Of a DNA stretch of 37,130 nucleotides, positions 10,130-20,944 are shown piece after piece. Position numbers and translations under genes: made by a program. The notes under the pieces are model-generated. The model was given only the letters and a program-made list of their open reading frames with translations, was not told the DNA's origin and did not search any database. Position 1 is the first letter of the stretch; every line of letters begins with the position of its first letter. Source of the DNA: Nemertoderma westbladi (lineage: Eukaryota > Animalia > Xenacoelomorpha); NCBI GenBank assembly GCA_032718475.1, contig JAUCBJ010003764.1:1-37130 (forward strand), written 5' to 3'.

Positions 10130-11040
10130 CGGTCGACCCTGTCGCGTGTCCGTTCCACCCCTCACGAACCCCGAAGGGAACGATCATCGAGAACCAGCAC
10201 GGCTTGGCTAAGGGTCGGTCCAGTCGGTAGACTCTGTCGCGTATCCGTACCACCCCTCTCGAACCCCGAAGGGTTCGGTCATCGAGAACCAGTACGGCTT
10301 GGCTAGGAGTCTGTCGTGTCGGTGGACCCGTTCGCGTGTCCGTTCCACCCCTCACGAACCCGGAAGGGTTCGATCATCGAGAACCAGAACGGCTTGGCTA
10401 GGGGTCCGTCAGTTCATCACAGAAACCCAACCACCTAGGCTTTCCGAGTCCTTTTCAGGCTCGTAGTCGCTTCGGCAGCCGAGAAACTGCTCCGAACAGT
10501 CGGTAGGCCAGTAGAGTCTAGTCGAGTCTAGTCCTTTGTCTTTCGACCCCATCGCGTGTCCGTTCCACCCCTCACGAACCCCGAAGGGAACGATCATCGA
10601 GAACCAGAACGGCTTGGCTAAGGGGTCTGTCGTCGGTTCCCGTCGCAAATCACAGTCAAGCAGTCAGCGTTCCGAGTCCTTTTCAGGCTCGTAGTAGCCG
10701 CAGTTGACCCGAGACCGCTAAGGGCAGTCCTTGTCAAACCAGTCCTGTGGCCAGCCCTTTCGCATGTCCGTCCCACCCCTCACGAACCCCGAAGGGATCG
10801 GTCATCGAGAACCAGTACGGCTTAGGTCAGGGGGCAGTCTTAAGTTGGCCACCTGTTCGCGTGTCCGCTCCACCCCTCACGAACCCCGGGGTTCGATCAT
10901 CGAGACCCAGAACGGCTTGGCTACTAAGGGGCCGTCGGTGCCCGTCGCAAATCCCTGACACAAGCAGTCAGCGTTCCGAGTCCTTTTCAGGCTCGTAGTA
11001 GCTGCCGTTGGCCAGGGACCGCTAAGGGCAGTCCTTGTCC
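10130..11040 (-). ncRNA. Structured-RNA repeat array in the presumed BEL/Pao 5' leader (six K-turn/UUCG hairpins, three GAAA hairpins)
   Basis: ~68-nt units start at 10143, 10238, 10333, 10553, 10761 and 10858. A 24-26-nt second module occurs at 10442, 10668 and 10972. Stems covary between copies. Confidence 0.7.
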
Positions 11041-11823
11041 TTTAGGCCTGGCGCATTACCAAATCCACCCCTACAGGCAGCAGGAAGTTGGCCAGGGCCT
11101 AATAGTACTCAGGCTAACCCGAATACTGCTTACATTTTCCATCCCCCCTGGCCCTTATAACTATGAAATTATTCCCGTACCCTGTAAGTTGCCCCAAAGT
11201 TCGCCCATAAATCGCCCCCAGTTTATTGAATGTGCCCAAAACCCATGGTCCCGCACCCAGTAGTAATATCGGAATAATCAATTTTAATAAAATACAAAAA
11301 TATTCAACTCGCGTTATGGAAAGTTGAAATACCGCGAACAGTATTGCAGAAAGTGGGTTGCAATATCGACAACATAAGATTGAGGTCAAGAGACTGGAAA
11401 GCAATTCCTGAAGGTGACAACCAACGGCGTAAGAATTGTCCCTGACTGCTACTTATCACTCTTCCTAACAACAAGAATTGCGATTTCGTTTTGAATAATT
11501 CAAAGAAGTTAAAGCCTTCCCGGGATGTTACAGTAGGTTCAGGTGAACGAACAGGCAGAGCTAAGCGAAATTCTGAAGAAGTATTCTGTGGTTTATCTAA
11601 AGAAAGACAGCCATCCAGCTTATGTCGAGAAATAGCGAGACTCAAGGAAGTTGAATCCAGCGAAAAAGCCAAGCCTGAAAACGCTGGCTATCAAGTTGTG
11701 TTTGATTTAAAGGCCAGTGTAGTGAAATGCAATGACATCATTCTTGATCGATATAACCCTAGCTACTTTAACTGACGGCACGATGATAACCACTTAAACT
11801 CATGCAATCGCTACAATAATCCG

Positions 11824-12110
11824 ATGCTAAGAGTTTTGTCTTGGAATATAGGTGGAGCACATGATAAACTTGAACAAAACTATTTAGTTAGTTATGTACA
11901 GGCTTTTGATGTAATTTTTCTCTATGAGATTAAAACTTCGAAGATATTATCAGTCCCGGGTTTTAATGTTATCAAACAAGTCGATGAACTCATGGAGGAG
12001 TATCACTCTTAACAAAACATAATTTTGTCGATTTTGTGCGAAACGTTACATGGTATAAGGAAAGATTTATCACTACCGAATTCACATTTAGATAATGTTA
12101 AATTTGCCGA
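11824..12110 (+). pseudogene. LINE ORF2 N-terminal APE endonuclease fragment
   Basis: MLRVLSWNIGG...FDVIFLYEIKT matches the xSWNxxG / DIxxLxET endonuclease motifs. Frameshifted and truncated. Confidence 0.65.
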
Positions 12111-12253
12111 AAATCTAGCACTTAAAAGCAGCAGCATCACCTGCTACGGTACAACCACCAGTCGACTGCATTGAATCTACACTAGAATCGCTTTCAGATA
12201 TTGTTGAGTCAGCACTCCATACTGAAGGGTCCATTATTCATACACCTATCATC

Positions 12254-12600
12254 TTACCTATTCTTATATTGTGTTGGAGCTCCATCTGTGAAGTAATGGA
12301 TTACTCTCAGTTGGGGAATGGTCTCTTTAATAGTCACCATCACCTTAGAAATGAATAAATGAACAGTAGCTGGAGAGTGGCTTGTTGAGTCAGATATAAT
12401 ACAAAAGCTTTTGCAGGTGGGCTCCTTCATAACGTAGTTATCATGATAGTAGACAACAATCGGATGTACTGTCGCTTGATCATTTGACCAATAATAACTT
12501 TGAATTTCATCCTGGATAATGAAACTAAAGTTTTCGGAAAAGTCGAGTAAAACTACCACTTCATCTTGATGAAGAGATTCTTTAAGCTGTTGCAGGAATT
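12254..12600 (-). pseudogene. DDE/DDD transposase fragment, Sola2-like
   Basis: LDFSENF...QDEIQSYYW...QATVHP...IISD...H...FTDGAPTQYKNR. Ends at a splice-donor-like AG|GTAAG. Its upstream side is cut by the RTE insertion. Subfamily assigned from remembered motifs. Confidence 0.65.
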
Positions 12601-14030
12601 TACTACTACTACTAGGTCGAGCGAACTCGGACAGTGGAAATGAGATCCTTCCAGGCTTCCCGATTCTCCATAGTTGTCGCAATTTCGTTTCTCCCAAGTT
12701 CAGTATCCCTTTCAAGTTGATCTATATATGTTATGGCAGGTCGTCCACGACTATGCTTTCCATGAGTTGGTTGCCAGAGAAGTAGATCTGGTATGACCTC
12801 GTCTTTACTTCGCCAGCAGTGCCCACTGAATCTTAATCTGCGTTCACGGAGGGTGGTTGATACAGGTGGTATTGTACCATAAAGCTCGGCGTTTGTCATG
12901 TGTTGTCTCCAGCTGATGTTTAGGGCTGCCCTTAGTAGTCTTTTGTAGCAACCATCAATTCGTTGTTCAAGTGATTTAGTCAGTGTCCAGGTCTCACCCC
13001 CGTATAAAAATACACTTTCCACTGTGGCTCGAAAGAACTTAGTCTTCAGGTGCCTGGAGAGATCTGATTCCAGATGGTATCCATTTTTGATAGAGCTACC
13101 CAAGCCTTTGCTTTCCTAACTTCTATGTCCTTTTTGCTACTCTCTATCCATGATCCAAGGTACTGGAAGTCATCGACCTTCCTTAGTTGATTATTATCAA
13201 TGGTTGTCAAGTTTCCATCAACATTAAAGGTCATGAATTCGGTCTTGGTAGCATTTATATGCAATCCAACCTCCTTAGCAGCCATCTCCACTTTATTTAG
13301 TAGAAGCTGTGCATCTGCTAGCGTATTAGAGAGCAGGGCGATGTCATCCACAAAGTCGGTGTCTGTGACTGTAGTTGCCGGATATCTACTACTTCTGCGT
13401 TCTTGAAGTGTGAATCCCAGATCTCCACCAATCCCCATTGCGTAATCCAGCACAATTACAAATAGTAATGGTGCTAATGTGTTGCCTTGCAGTACGCCAG
13501 CCAAGATTGAGAAAAACTCAGTTTCACCATCTGGTGAGAGTACCTGTGCTTCTGTGTCACAATATAACAATCCAATGCCAGCAACAATTACTTCTGGTAT
13601 TCCATAAGCTCTTAGGATTTCAAGCATTTTACCTCTATGGATGGAGTCGAATGCCTTCTTGAAGTCCACAAAAGTCATGACTGAGGGGAGATTCTTTGAC
13701 TTAATTCCTTCAATCAGTCTCCGTAGTGCAAGTATCTGAGCTATTGTTGATCTACTTGGTCGAAATCCGTTTTGGCTCTTACACAGTAGTTTCTCTATGT
13801 GAGGCCTAATCCTATATAGAATCATTTTATTGTATATTTTGGCAGCTACCACAAGCAGACAGACCCCACGATAGTTTGTTGGTATGCCGAGGTCTCCTTT
13901 CTTGGGGAGAGGCTTTAGTTGACCTTTAGTCCAAATTGGTGGTGGCTTTTCCCCTTTTAACATCCGGTTGCAAACATTCAATAATGGTCTGTTTAGCACT
14001 CCGGTTTTGCCATACCTCCGCTGGGATTTC
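12601..14030 (-). mobile_element. 5'-truncated, degenerate RTE-clade LINE
   Basis: RT motifs PLPKKGDL..NYRG, QNGFR, FVDFKKAFDS, GVLQGNTLAP, FVDD (mutated FADD) and YLGS. Frameshift near 13080. C-terminus RLRFSGHCWR..RGRP. (TAG)4 tail at 12601-12614. Confidence 0.92.
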
Positions 14031-14756
14031 ATATCAATGAAATCGCATAAAACTTGGAATTTCCCCATTTTATACAAAGGGATAAAAGATCTGAAAATTT
14101 CATGAGAATCTGAGGAGGTCAGAATTTCACTTTGTTGAATTTGGCTGGAATGACTCTATAGGAAAGTAAATAAAGTCGGTAAACAAGAAGCAGGAACACC
14201 AGAGGAAACTCCTCTTTTGGTTGTTACCTGTTAATCCCGAGCTCCACTGGTAAGTCGTAAGTCATTTTCAGATTTTGTTTGAGTCCGTTTGTAAAAATTA
14301 TAGTTCCCGTTCTCCTCTAGTAAGACATTTAATTAAATATTATATTCTTCATTTTTTAAACATAAACTTATTTGTTCAAAAAATAAGATCCATCTCAATA
14401 CACTACAAACTCTATTAATCTATACAATAGTGCGTGCAGGCAGATACATTAGCAATATAATTACGTCATGGCAGTGCATGGGTAGCCCCTACGCAGAAAA
14501 TATTTGCACTGATAAATAAATTAATATATACTTAAACATATGAATGCATTCAATATACTACACTAAGAAATGTATGCATAACTAATTAATTACAACAAAC
14601 AAATTATGAGCATCATATCAAGCATACACAAATAAATGATACACTGCTGCCTGGCAATCAGGCACATTCGGTCAATAAAGATGTTACGGACTTCATTACT
14701 TACAAGAAACTGGAGATGGTAATTATTTCATTTAATACTTATGACATTGCTTTGTG

Positions 14757-15737
14757 TCAATCAATCTGGATCTTTAGCATTGTCCGTTCTAAATGATACC
14801 TCTTGCCATCATTTTTGTCGCACCATTGAGGATATAAAGTGTACTTGTTTCTTACTTGCTCGTTGCGATCTACTTCCCCATTGAGAGGGGCACATGTTTT
14901 ACAATCTTTGTTGAACCACCAGCCACCTCCAAATTTACACGGGGCACCATCTGAATGATCCTTTGTTTGGAATTTCATTCCATTGATACTGTTTTGAATG
15001 TCTTCCGGTTTAAACAAAGCATCAGACCCATTGCCGCTGTAGTCACCAATACTTAAGGAGTAGTCGTCACTTTTTCCGTTTACTATGAATTGAGAATACG
15101 TAGCGTATTTGAAGCTCCGAACAAACCATAAATCACATTTTAGTTTGGCCTTCCCAGACTTGGTTAACTGGAAGATGGTTTCCAGCCCTAACCAGTAGCC
15201 TGTCTCGACCGTTCCGAAGCCAGAAACGTATTCACTCCACCCTACATCAAAATTCTCCGAGTCTTTGCCTGATGTCGATATCTTAGGTCTGTATTGAATG
15301 ACGATCCATTTTCCATCTTCGTCTGAATGGCACTTAACCTTTTTGTTATCTGTTTGAAGGCCAAAGGTTTCATTTCTATCAATGTAGTAGGATTCGGAAG
15401 TATCTATTTGACAAAGGTTATGAACACATGGCGTTCGTATCGGGCTAAGTCGGTTTACTAACAGAACAATGTCAGCAACTGCAACCCCTACAACTCCCAA
15501 TGACAATATTACTATCGCCACCCACCAAAATCTAATACGTTTATTATTTTCATATTCCTCAATTTCTCCATCTAGATTTTGCTGATCTTCATCCGGTTGT
15601 TCGATATCTTCATTGTTGTGATCGACATCTTTACGATTCGAATTTGCGAAATACTTTTTTTTAATCGGCTCATCTGGAGCAGTATGAAATGTATCAGAAT
15701 ATGAATCAGAATCAGAATTTCTTGGTTTATACATCAA
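14757..15737 (-). CDS. Type II membrane fibrinogen-related domain (FReD) protein, intronless
   Basis: Acidic N-terminal tail, then basic KRIR and hydrophobic FWWVAIVILSLGVVGVAVADIVLLV. FReD motifs GKWIVIQYR, W.EYVSGFG, YWLGLETIFQLT, NGMKFQTKD, GGGWWFNKDC and TMLKI. Confidence 0.9.
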   Translation of the reverse strand: MMYKPRNSDSDSYSDTFHTAPDEPIKKKYFANSNRKDVDHNNEDIEQPDEDQQNLDGEIEEYENNKRIRFWWVAIVILSLGVVGVAVADIVLLVNRLSPIRTPCVHNLCQIDTSESYYIDRNETFGLQTDNKKVKCHSDEDGKWIVIQYRPKISTSGKDSENFDVGWSEYVSGFGTVETGYWLGLETIFQLTKSGKAKLKCDLWFVRSFKYATYSQFIVNGKSDDYSLSIGDYSGNGSDALFKPEDIQNSINGMKFQTKDHSDGAPCKFGGGWWFNKDCKTCAPLNGEVDRNEQVRNKYTLYPQWCDKNDGKRYHLERTMLKIQID

Positions 15738-15841
15738 TTAATTAAGTTAGTTAAGTTGGTTCATTTGTGGGGGAATCTTAGTAGTGAAATTAATAAAACA
15801 ATAAATAGCAATTACTACAACTCATTTAAATTTCATTTTAA

Positions 15842-16440
15842 TCAGTTTTCCCAACAAATTTTACAGACAGTAAATCCAAACACGACGTTTCGGGTCCAGC
15901 AGGCACCATTATCAAGCTAACTAAAGTAAGGTTCAGTACAGACTGAAAATAATTATAATACAACGGAGAAAAATTAACCTAATTTATAAATAATGAAAAT
16001 TACCTACCGCAGTAGTTACAGCCTACCATCACATTTAGTAGGGGGAGGGGTTCCGGATAGTAAAACTACAGCAGCCGTATTTCAAGGGATGATTTTTGAA
16101 GTTGAGCAGTGGTCCATACCTTTAAGCGGGAGGGGGGGGGGGGGGGGGGGGATGGGATTCGAAAAAGCGACTCTGTGGTCTTTGCGCCTTTGGGGTTTTC
16201 ACGGAATAGTTCTACCAGTTCTACTGGTCGTACGAAGTTCGTTTTAGACTCATTCGAAAGCTATTTTCTCGCTGTGCGCACTCCACAAAGTGACGACGGG
16301 TTTTCCCGACGTAAGTAGCGTACCAGTAACAGCTACAGGTAAAGTGGTAACTAATTCTGGAACGCATATGCAGAGGTAATCTATCTTTAGGTAAACAATG
16401 CAGAAACTCTCGGTGTAGATCGAAACACAACAAACCATCA
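15842..16440 (-). mobile_element. Penelope-like element 3' fragment: decayed GIY-YIG endonuclease plus pLTR end with a hammerhead-like motif
   Basis: KDRLPLHMRSRISYHFTCSC..ATYVGKTRRH (16221-16433). Minus strand TTGATAA-TGGTGCCTGCTGGACC-CGAAACGTCG at 15883-15915. Confidence 0.75.
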
Positions 16441-17552
16441 AACCAATCAGCCTACCATCGCTTCCATAGTAGGCCTACTGAAACTGCACTACTAAAAGTA
16501 CAATCGGATATATTATCAAAAATGGATGATGGTGAAGTTACACTGCTGGTCATGCTTGAAATGAGTGCAGCCTTTGATACTATCGATCATGAAAGAATGG
16601 TCAAGTTGCTCGCCTGCAAAATGGGTGTCTGCGGTTCGTGCCTAAATTGGTTCAAATCCTTTCTCACCAATAGATGTCAACATGTAGGCCTACGAATATT
16701 AAATGAATGCTCACCGACCAAAAATCTATATTATGGTTTCCCCCATAAATCAGTTCTGGCAGTGTTCTCTTCGCAAAATACGGTGAGGCCTACTGAAACT
16801 GATGAAGAATCTGAAACCATCTGCACATGGTTTTGCCGATGATCACCAAGTGTACTCTTTTCGTGCAAGTATCAAAGAGAATGAAGAAAAGGCTGTACAA
16901 GAGATTGAAAAGGCTATTACTGAAGATAAAAAATTGCTACTTACAAATAAACTAAAAATTAAATGATGATAAAACATAAATTATTATCCTCTGGGATCCA
17001 AACAGCAACTCAGTAAAGTGAGAACTAAATTAATCAATGTGGGGAAGTTCAGGTCGAACCTGCGAAGGCAGTCAAGAATTTGGGTGTGTGGTTCGAGAAC
17101 AACATGACTATGGGGACCTTTGTTTCCGAATCTTGCAAACGAGCCTTCTACTTCATCCACAACCTCCGTCAGATCAGAAGATTTCTTTCTGAAACCGCTA
17201 TGAAGACTCTAGTTCCCTCCTTAGTAACTACTAGAATTGATTACTGCAACAGCCTGCTCTTTGGAATCGCTAAAAAACACCTAAATAAACCCTCAGTTAG
17301 TCCAAAACGTGGCCGCCCGACTGCTACGATCGATCCACCAATACGACCACATTACTCCAGTTCTAGAAGAATTACACTGGCTTCCTACTACACACAGAGT
17401 GCAGTACAAAATTCTTCTTATAACACACAAGATTCTCATTGGTAATGGCCCTGAATATTTAAAGAAAATGCTTCACATTGCACTAAATAATAGATACAAC
17501 ATACGGAGCCAAACACCACCAAAGCACATTACATCCATTACAAGTGTGCATC

Positions 17553-17617
17553 ATACGGGCGACGGGCCTTCAGAGTCGCTGCACCAACTCTTTGGAATAA
17601 ACTGCCTCACGAGTTGC
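17553..17617 (+). repeat. Left copy of the 65-bp target-site duplication (right copy 20627-20691)
   Basis: 63/65 identical. The duplicated sequence is L2 coding DNA (YGRRAF.xAAPTLWNKLPHEL). Confidence 0.92.
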
Positions 17618-20600
17618 ACCTGCACCTGGCAGCAGGGGTACAGGGCATGACCCAGCAGATGAGCTGCACAGCCAATGGTGGGTCATGTGCGCCAGAGTAG
17701 ATATGGGTGATGGGCCTCATATCTGACTCCACAGCGACACCCACCCTGTGGAACGGCAAACCAGGGTGTGGTATTTGCCCCGAGAGCTGACTCGGCAAAA
17801 AAGCATCCCCCAACCCCCCACTATGGATTACATTAGTAAGGTCAGTTATCTCCTGACCGGCTGCCTGTCTCACCCCCTACTGGAGAGAGAGAAGTCAACA
17901 ATTCTTTGAGTCCCTTTCCTGATGACCTTTCTGGCCCAAACCCTGGGTCACCAAGGAGGCCAGATTGTGAGGGGGAGAGGGATTCTGGAGTTGGAGGCTA
18001 CTCTCATGTTCCACCCCGACCAACAAAGCCATTGGTGAATCTGAGGCAAGTCACTAGACTAGCCTCAGTAAACACCCTAACACTCGGGACCCCAATGCGA
18101 CAAGGTGAGCTGACTGCCTTGGCAGATAAGCTTTCTCTTAGCGCAGTGGGTGTTCAAGAGCACCGAATGCAGACTGGACAGACTGATGAGGTTCTGATTA
18201 AGGACATGGGGGCGGTTGGCGACTCGCCCTTGCGTCAGCAGATGATAGTGGCAATGGTGGTATTGGTCTATTGATGAATCCAACTGCACATGCAGCATTG
18301 GACAAAATAGACAAAATCTCTAACCGCATCATCCGTTTCCACTTCTCATGTTCTGGAAGACTGGCTAAGAAGTTTCCTAAGGTGGTTCTGATTGTGTGCT
18401 ACTCTCCAACTAGTGTTGCCCCTGTAGAGGAGGTGGAAAATTTCTACCACAATCTACAAGCAGCTACTGATGGAGTGGATCAGCATGCATTCTTAACATT
18501 CCTGGGAGACTGTAATGCAAGTCTGCATCAATCACTACATCGCCCTGGGTCTATAGCAATAGTGTCAACCGAAATTCCGTCCATCTTCAGGATTTTATCT
18601 CTGGAAATGGATTGTTTTCGGCTGGAACCCAGTTCAAGAAGCGAACTGGAAAGCTATGGACTCATAGTGGACCCAGTGGTCACAAGTCCCAGATAGACCA
18701 TATTCTGTTTCGTAGGAAGTACAGGAGCTCTATACAAGACTGTGATGCATTTAAACTTCGACCTTTCTCCAGTGATCACCGCCTTATTGTGGCCAAGGTA
18801 AGACTTAGTCTGCGTGCTAGCAGAACAACGAAATCTGCCTTGCCGCGGCATGACTAGTCCTCTCTGTTGCAACAGCCAAGTGTGAGATCCAGCTTCACAC
18901 TACAGCTGAGCAACAGGTATGAGGTTCTTGCCTCTGAGGCGGCAGATCACTGTGAGGGCTATACTGCCTTCACAGAAGCAGTTAAGTTAGCAGCTGCAGA
19001 AACAGTTCCTGTACATCCTCGAAACAGGAAAAGAGTCCCCTGGACTGACAACAAAATCCAGAAGTGCCGAAATGACCTATCAGCATTAATACCAATCGTG
19101 CCAGTGGAGTAGATGGTGTTCCCCCTGAGGTCTTTAAAATACCTGAGTGTCTAAAGCTCATCTATCCCATCAGTAGACATGTACCGAACAACAAGAGTCC
19201 CACAAGAAATGAAAACAAATAAGTTGGTGCCAGTTCCCAAGAAGGGCAACGTAACACTCAATGGTTCTTTTCGGGGAATCTCATTGATCTCGATTGCTGC
19301 AAAGCTATACAATAGAATTCTATTAAATCGCATCAGGGATCCCATTGAGAGACTGCTCCGTGGAAATCAGAATGGGTTCCGTAAAGGTCGTGGGACCATG
19401 GAACCCATTTTGGCACTTAGAAGGATAATTGAAGAGTTATCAAAAAAGAAAGACAGGCATCTGGCTGTTATCTTTGTTGATTTCTTCAAGGCCTTTGATT
19501 CAGTCTCCCACTCACGTATGTTCAGCATACTTTCATTATATGGGATTCCTGATGAAATTATTGCAGCAATCAGATCAGTATACGATGGTTCGACAACATT
19601 TGTGTCTACTGTTGACGGTGACACAGAACCATTTGAAGTGTTATGGGGCGTCCTCCAGGGAGACACACTTGCACCATTTTTGTTTATAATTGTGGTCGAC
19701 TATGTTCTACGCATGTCCTAAGATCATCATAATGATGATGGGGTGATGATAACTCCACCTACTGGCTACAGAAGTCGAGGAAATCCTGCCAAGTACCTAA
19801 CTGATCGAGACTTTGCTGATGACTTAGGAGTACTCTCAGAATCACTAGAGGGAGCCCAACGGCTCCTCAGCTCATTAGAACATGCTGCTTCTAGTGTTGG
19901 TCTTTTTATTAACTCCAGAAAGATCTAAATTTTGACAGTTAACTTTGAAAGTCCTCAGCAAGTCTCTGATCGGATGAGCATAAGCTCAATGGATGATATG
20001 CTTGAGCATGTGGACGACTTCTGTTTCCTGGGATCATATCCGGAAGTCAGGTGAGGACCTTCGAATACGTAAGGGAAAGGCACGGGCAGCCTTGAATAGG
20101 CTTTCCAGGATTTGGAAGTCACCGAGAATTAATCGGAAACTTAAGGTCCGATTTTTTAGAGCAGCAGTAGTTCCAGTACTCCTCTATGGGAGTCCATGCT
20201 GGGCTCTAACTGCTGAGGACACCAAATCTCTGGATGGCACATTCACAAGAATGCTACGCCGGGTTCATTGTGTCAAGTACAATGCACACATCTCCAACCA
20301 GACACTATATAACATTGGAGGTGTCTCATTGGTTCCCCCAAGCTTGACACTATAACAAAATCGCCTCCGCTTTGCAGGACGTTGCTTTCGCCGTGAGGAC
20401 CAGCCAGTGCATAATCTTGTACTTTGGCAGCCTCATGGAGTGAATAAGCATGGTGGACAGTCCATGACTTTCTTGAGACGCATCTTAAAGGACACTGGCC
20501 TTGAAGATGCGGATGATCTAACAAATATCATGGGTGATAGGGAGTTGTGGCTGCGCAATTTTGTCGACAAGCCGGCACAGCATTCTTAAAAATGCAGCTG

Positions 20601-20626
20601 CAATGCAGCATGCCGATACTCTTAGT
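17618..20626 (+). mobile_element. Near full-length degenerate RTE-clade LINE (APE + RT) nested in the L2
   Basis: APE motifs VQEHR, LGDCNA, QIDHIL and SDH; RT motifs QNGFR, FVDFFKAFDS, GVLQGDTLAPFL and FADD. Several frameshifts and an apparent internal deletion near 19090. Flanked by a 65-bp duplication. Confidence 0.93.
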
Positions 20627-20944
20627 ATACGGACGACGGGCCTTCAGAATCGCTGCACCAACTCTTTGGAATAAACTGCCTCACGAGTTGCGATCAGAAG
20701 GGAACACATCGAAATTTAAAACGGATCTTAAGACTCATCTCTTCAGGAAAGCCTTTAATACGTAATTTTTAAACTGACTGATACTATACCACTTTTAACC
20801 ATTTTAAGCTCATACATTTTATTTAACACTTATTTTTAAAGCTTACAATTTATTTACTTAGTCCTAAGCGCAATACAATATACATACAATAGACGTAAAT
20901 TTAGCGCTATATAAAAATTTTTATTATATTATTATTATTTAACA

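Larger units (their letters stand above)
16441..20939 (+). mobile_element. 5'-truncated L2-clade (CR1 group) LINE, interrupted by an RTE
   Basis: QSAY..FHS..TETALL, MSAAFDTIDH, FADD, RIDYCNSLL, HITPVLEELHWLP, YGRRAF.IAAPTLWNKLP and FKTDLKTHLF. L2-type 3' end AAGCGC...GCGCTATATAAA followed by a (TTA)n tail. Confidence 0.9.

Noticed and set aside
10133-11040. CRISPR array, hammerhead array or SECIS elements
   Set aside because: Eukaryotic TE context, 68-nt repeats, related spacers and no cas genes. The core is CUCGAUGA without the matching GAAA of a hammerhead. The apical stem is too short and lacks the AA loop of a SECIS, and the array lies 5' of the ORF.
11240-11262. Primer-binding site and 5' LTR of the BEL element (minus strand TGGGTGCGGGACC)
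   Set aside because: No tRNA 3' end I can match, no adjacent CA terminus, and no second LTR in the window.
9432-11775. ORFs across the leader (192, 94, 79, 122 aa and others)
   Set aside because: Mostly non-ATG starts, repeat-derived or low-information sequence, and no domains.
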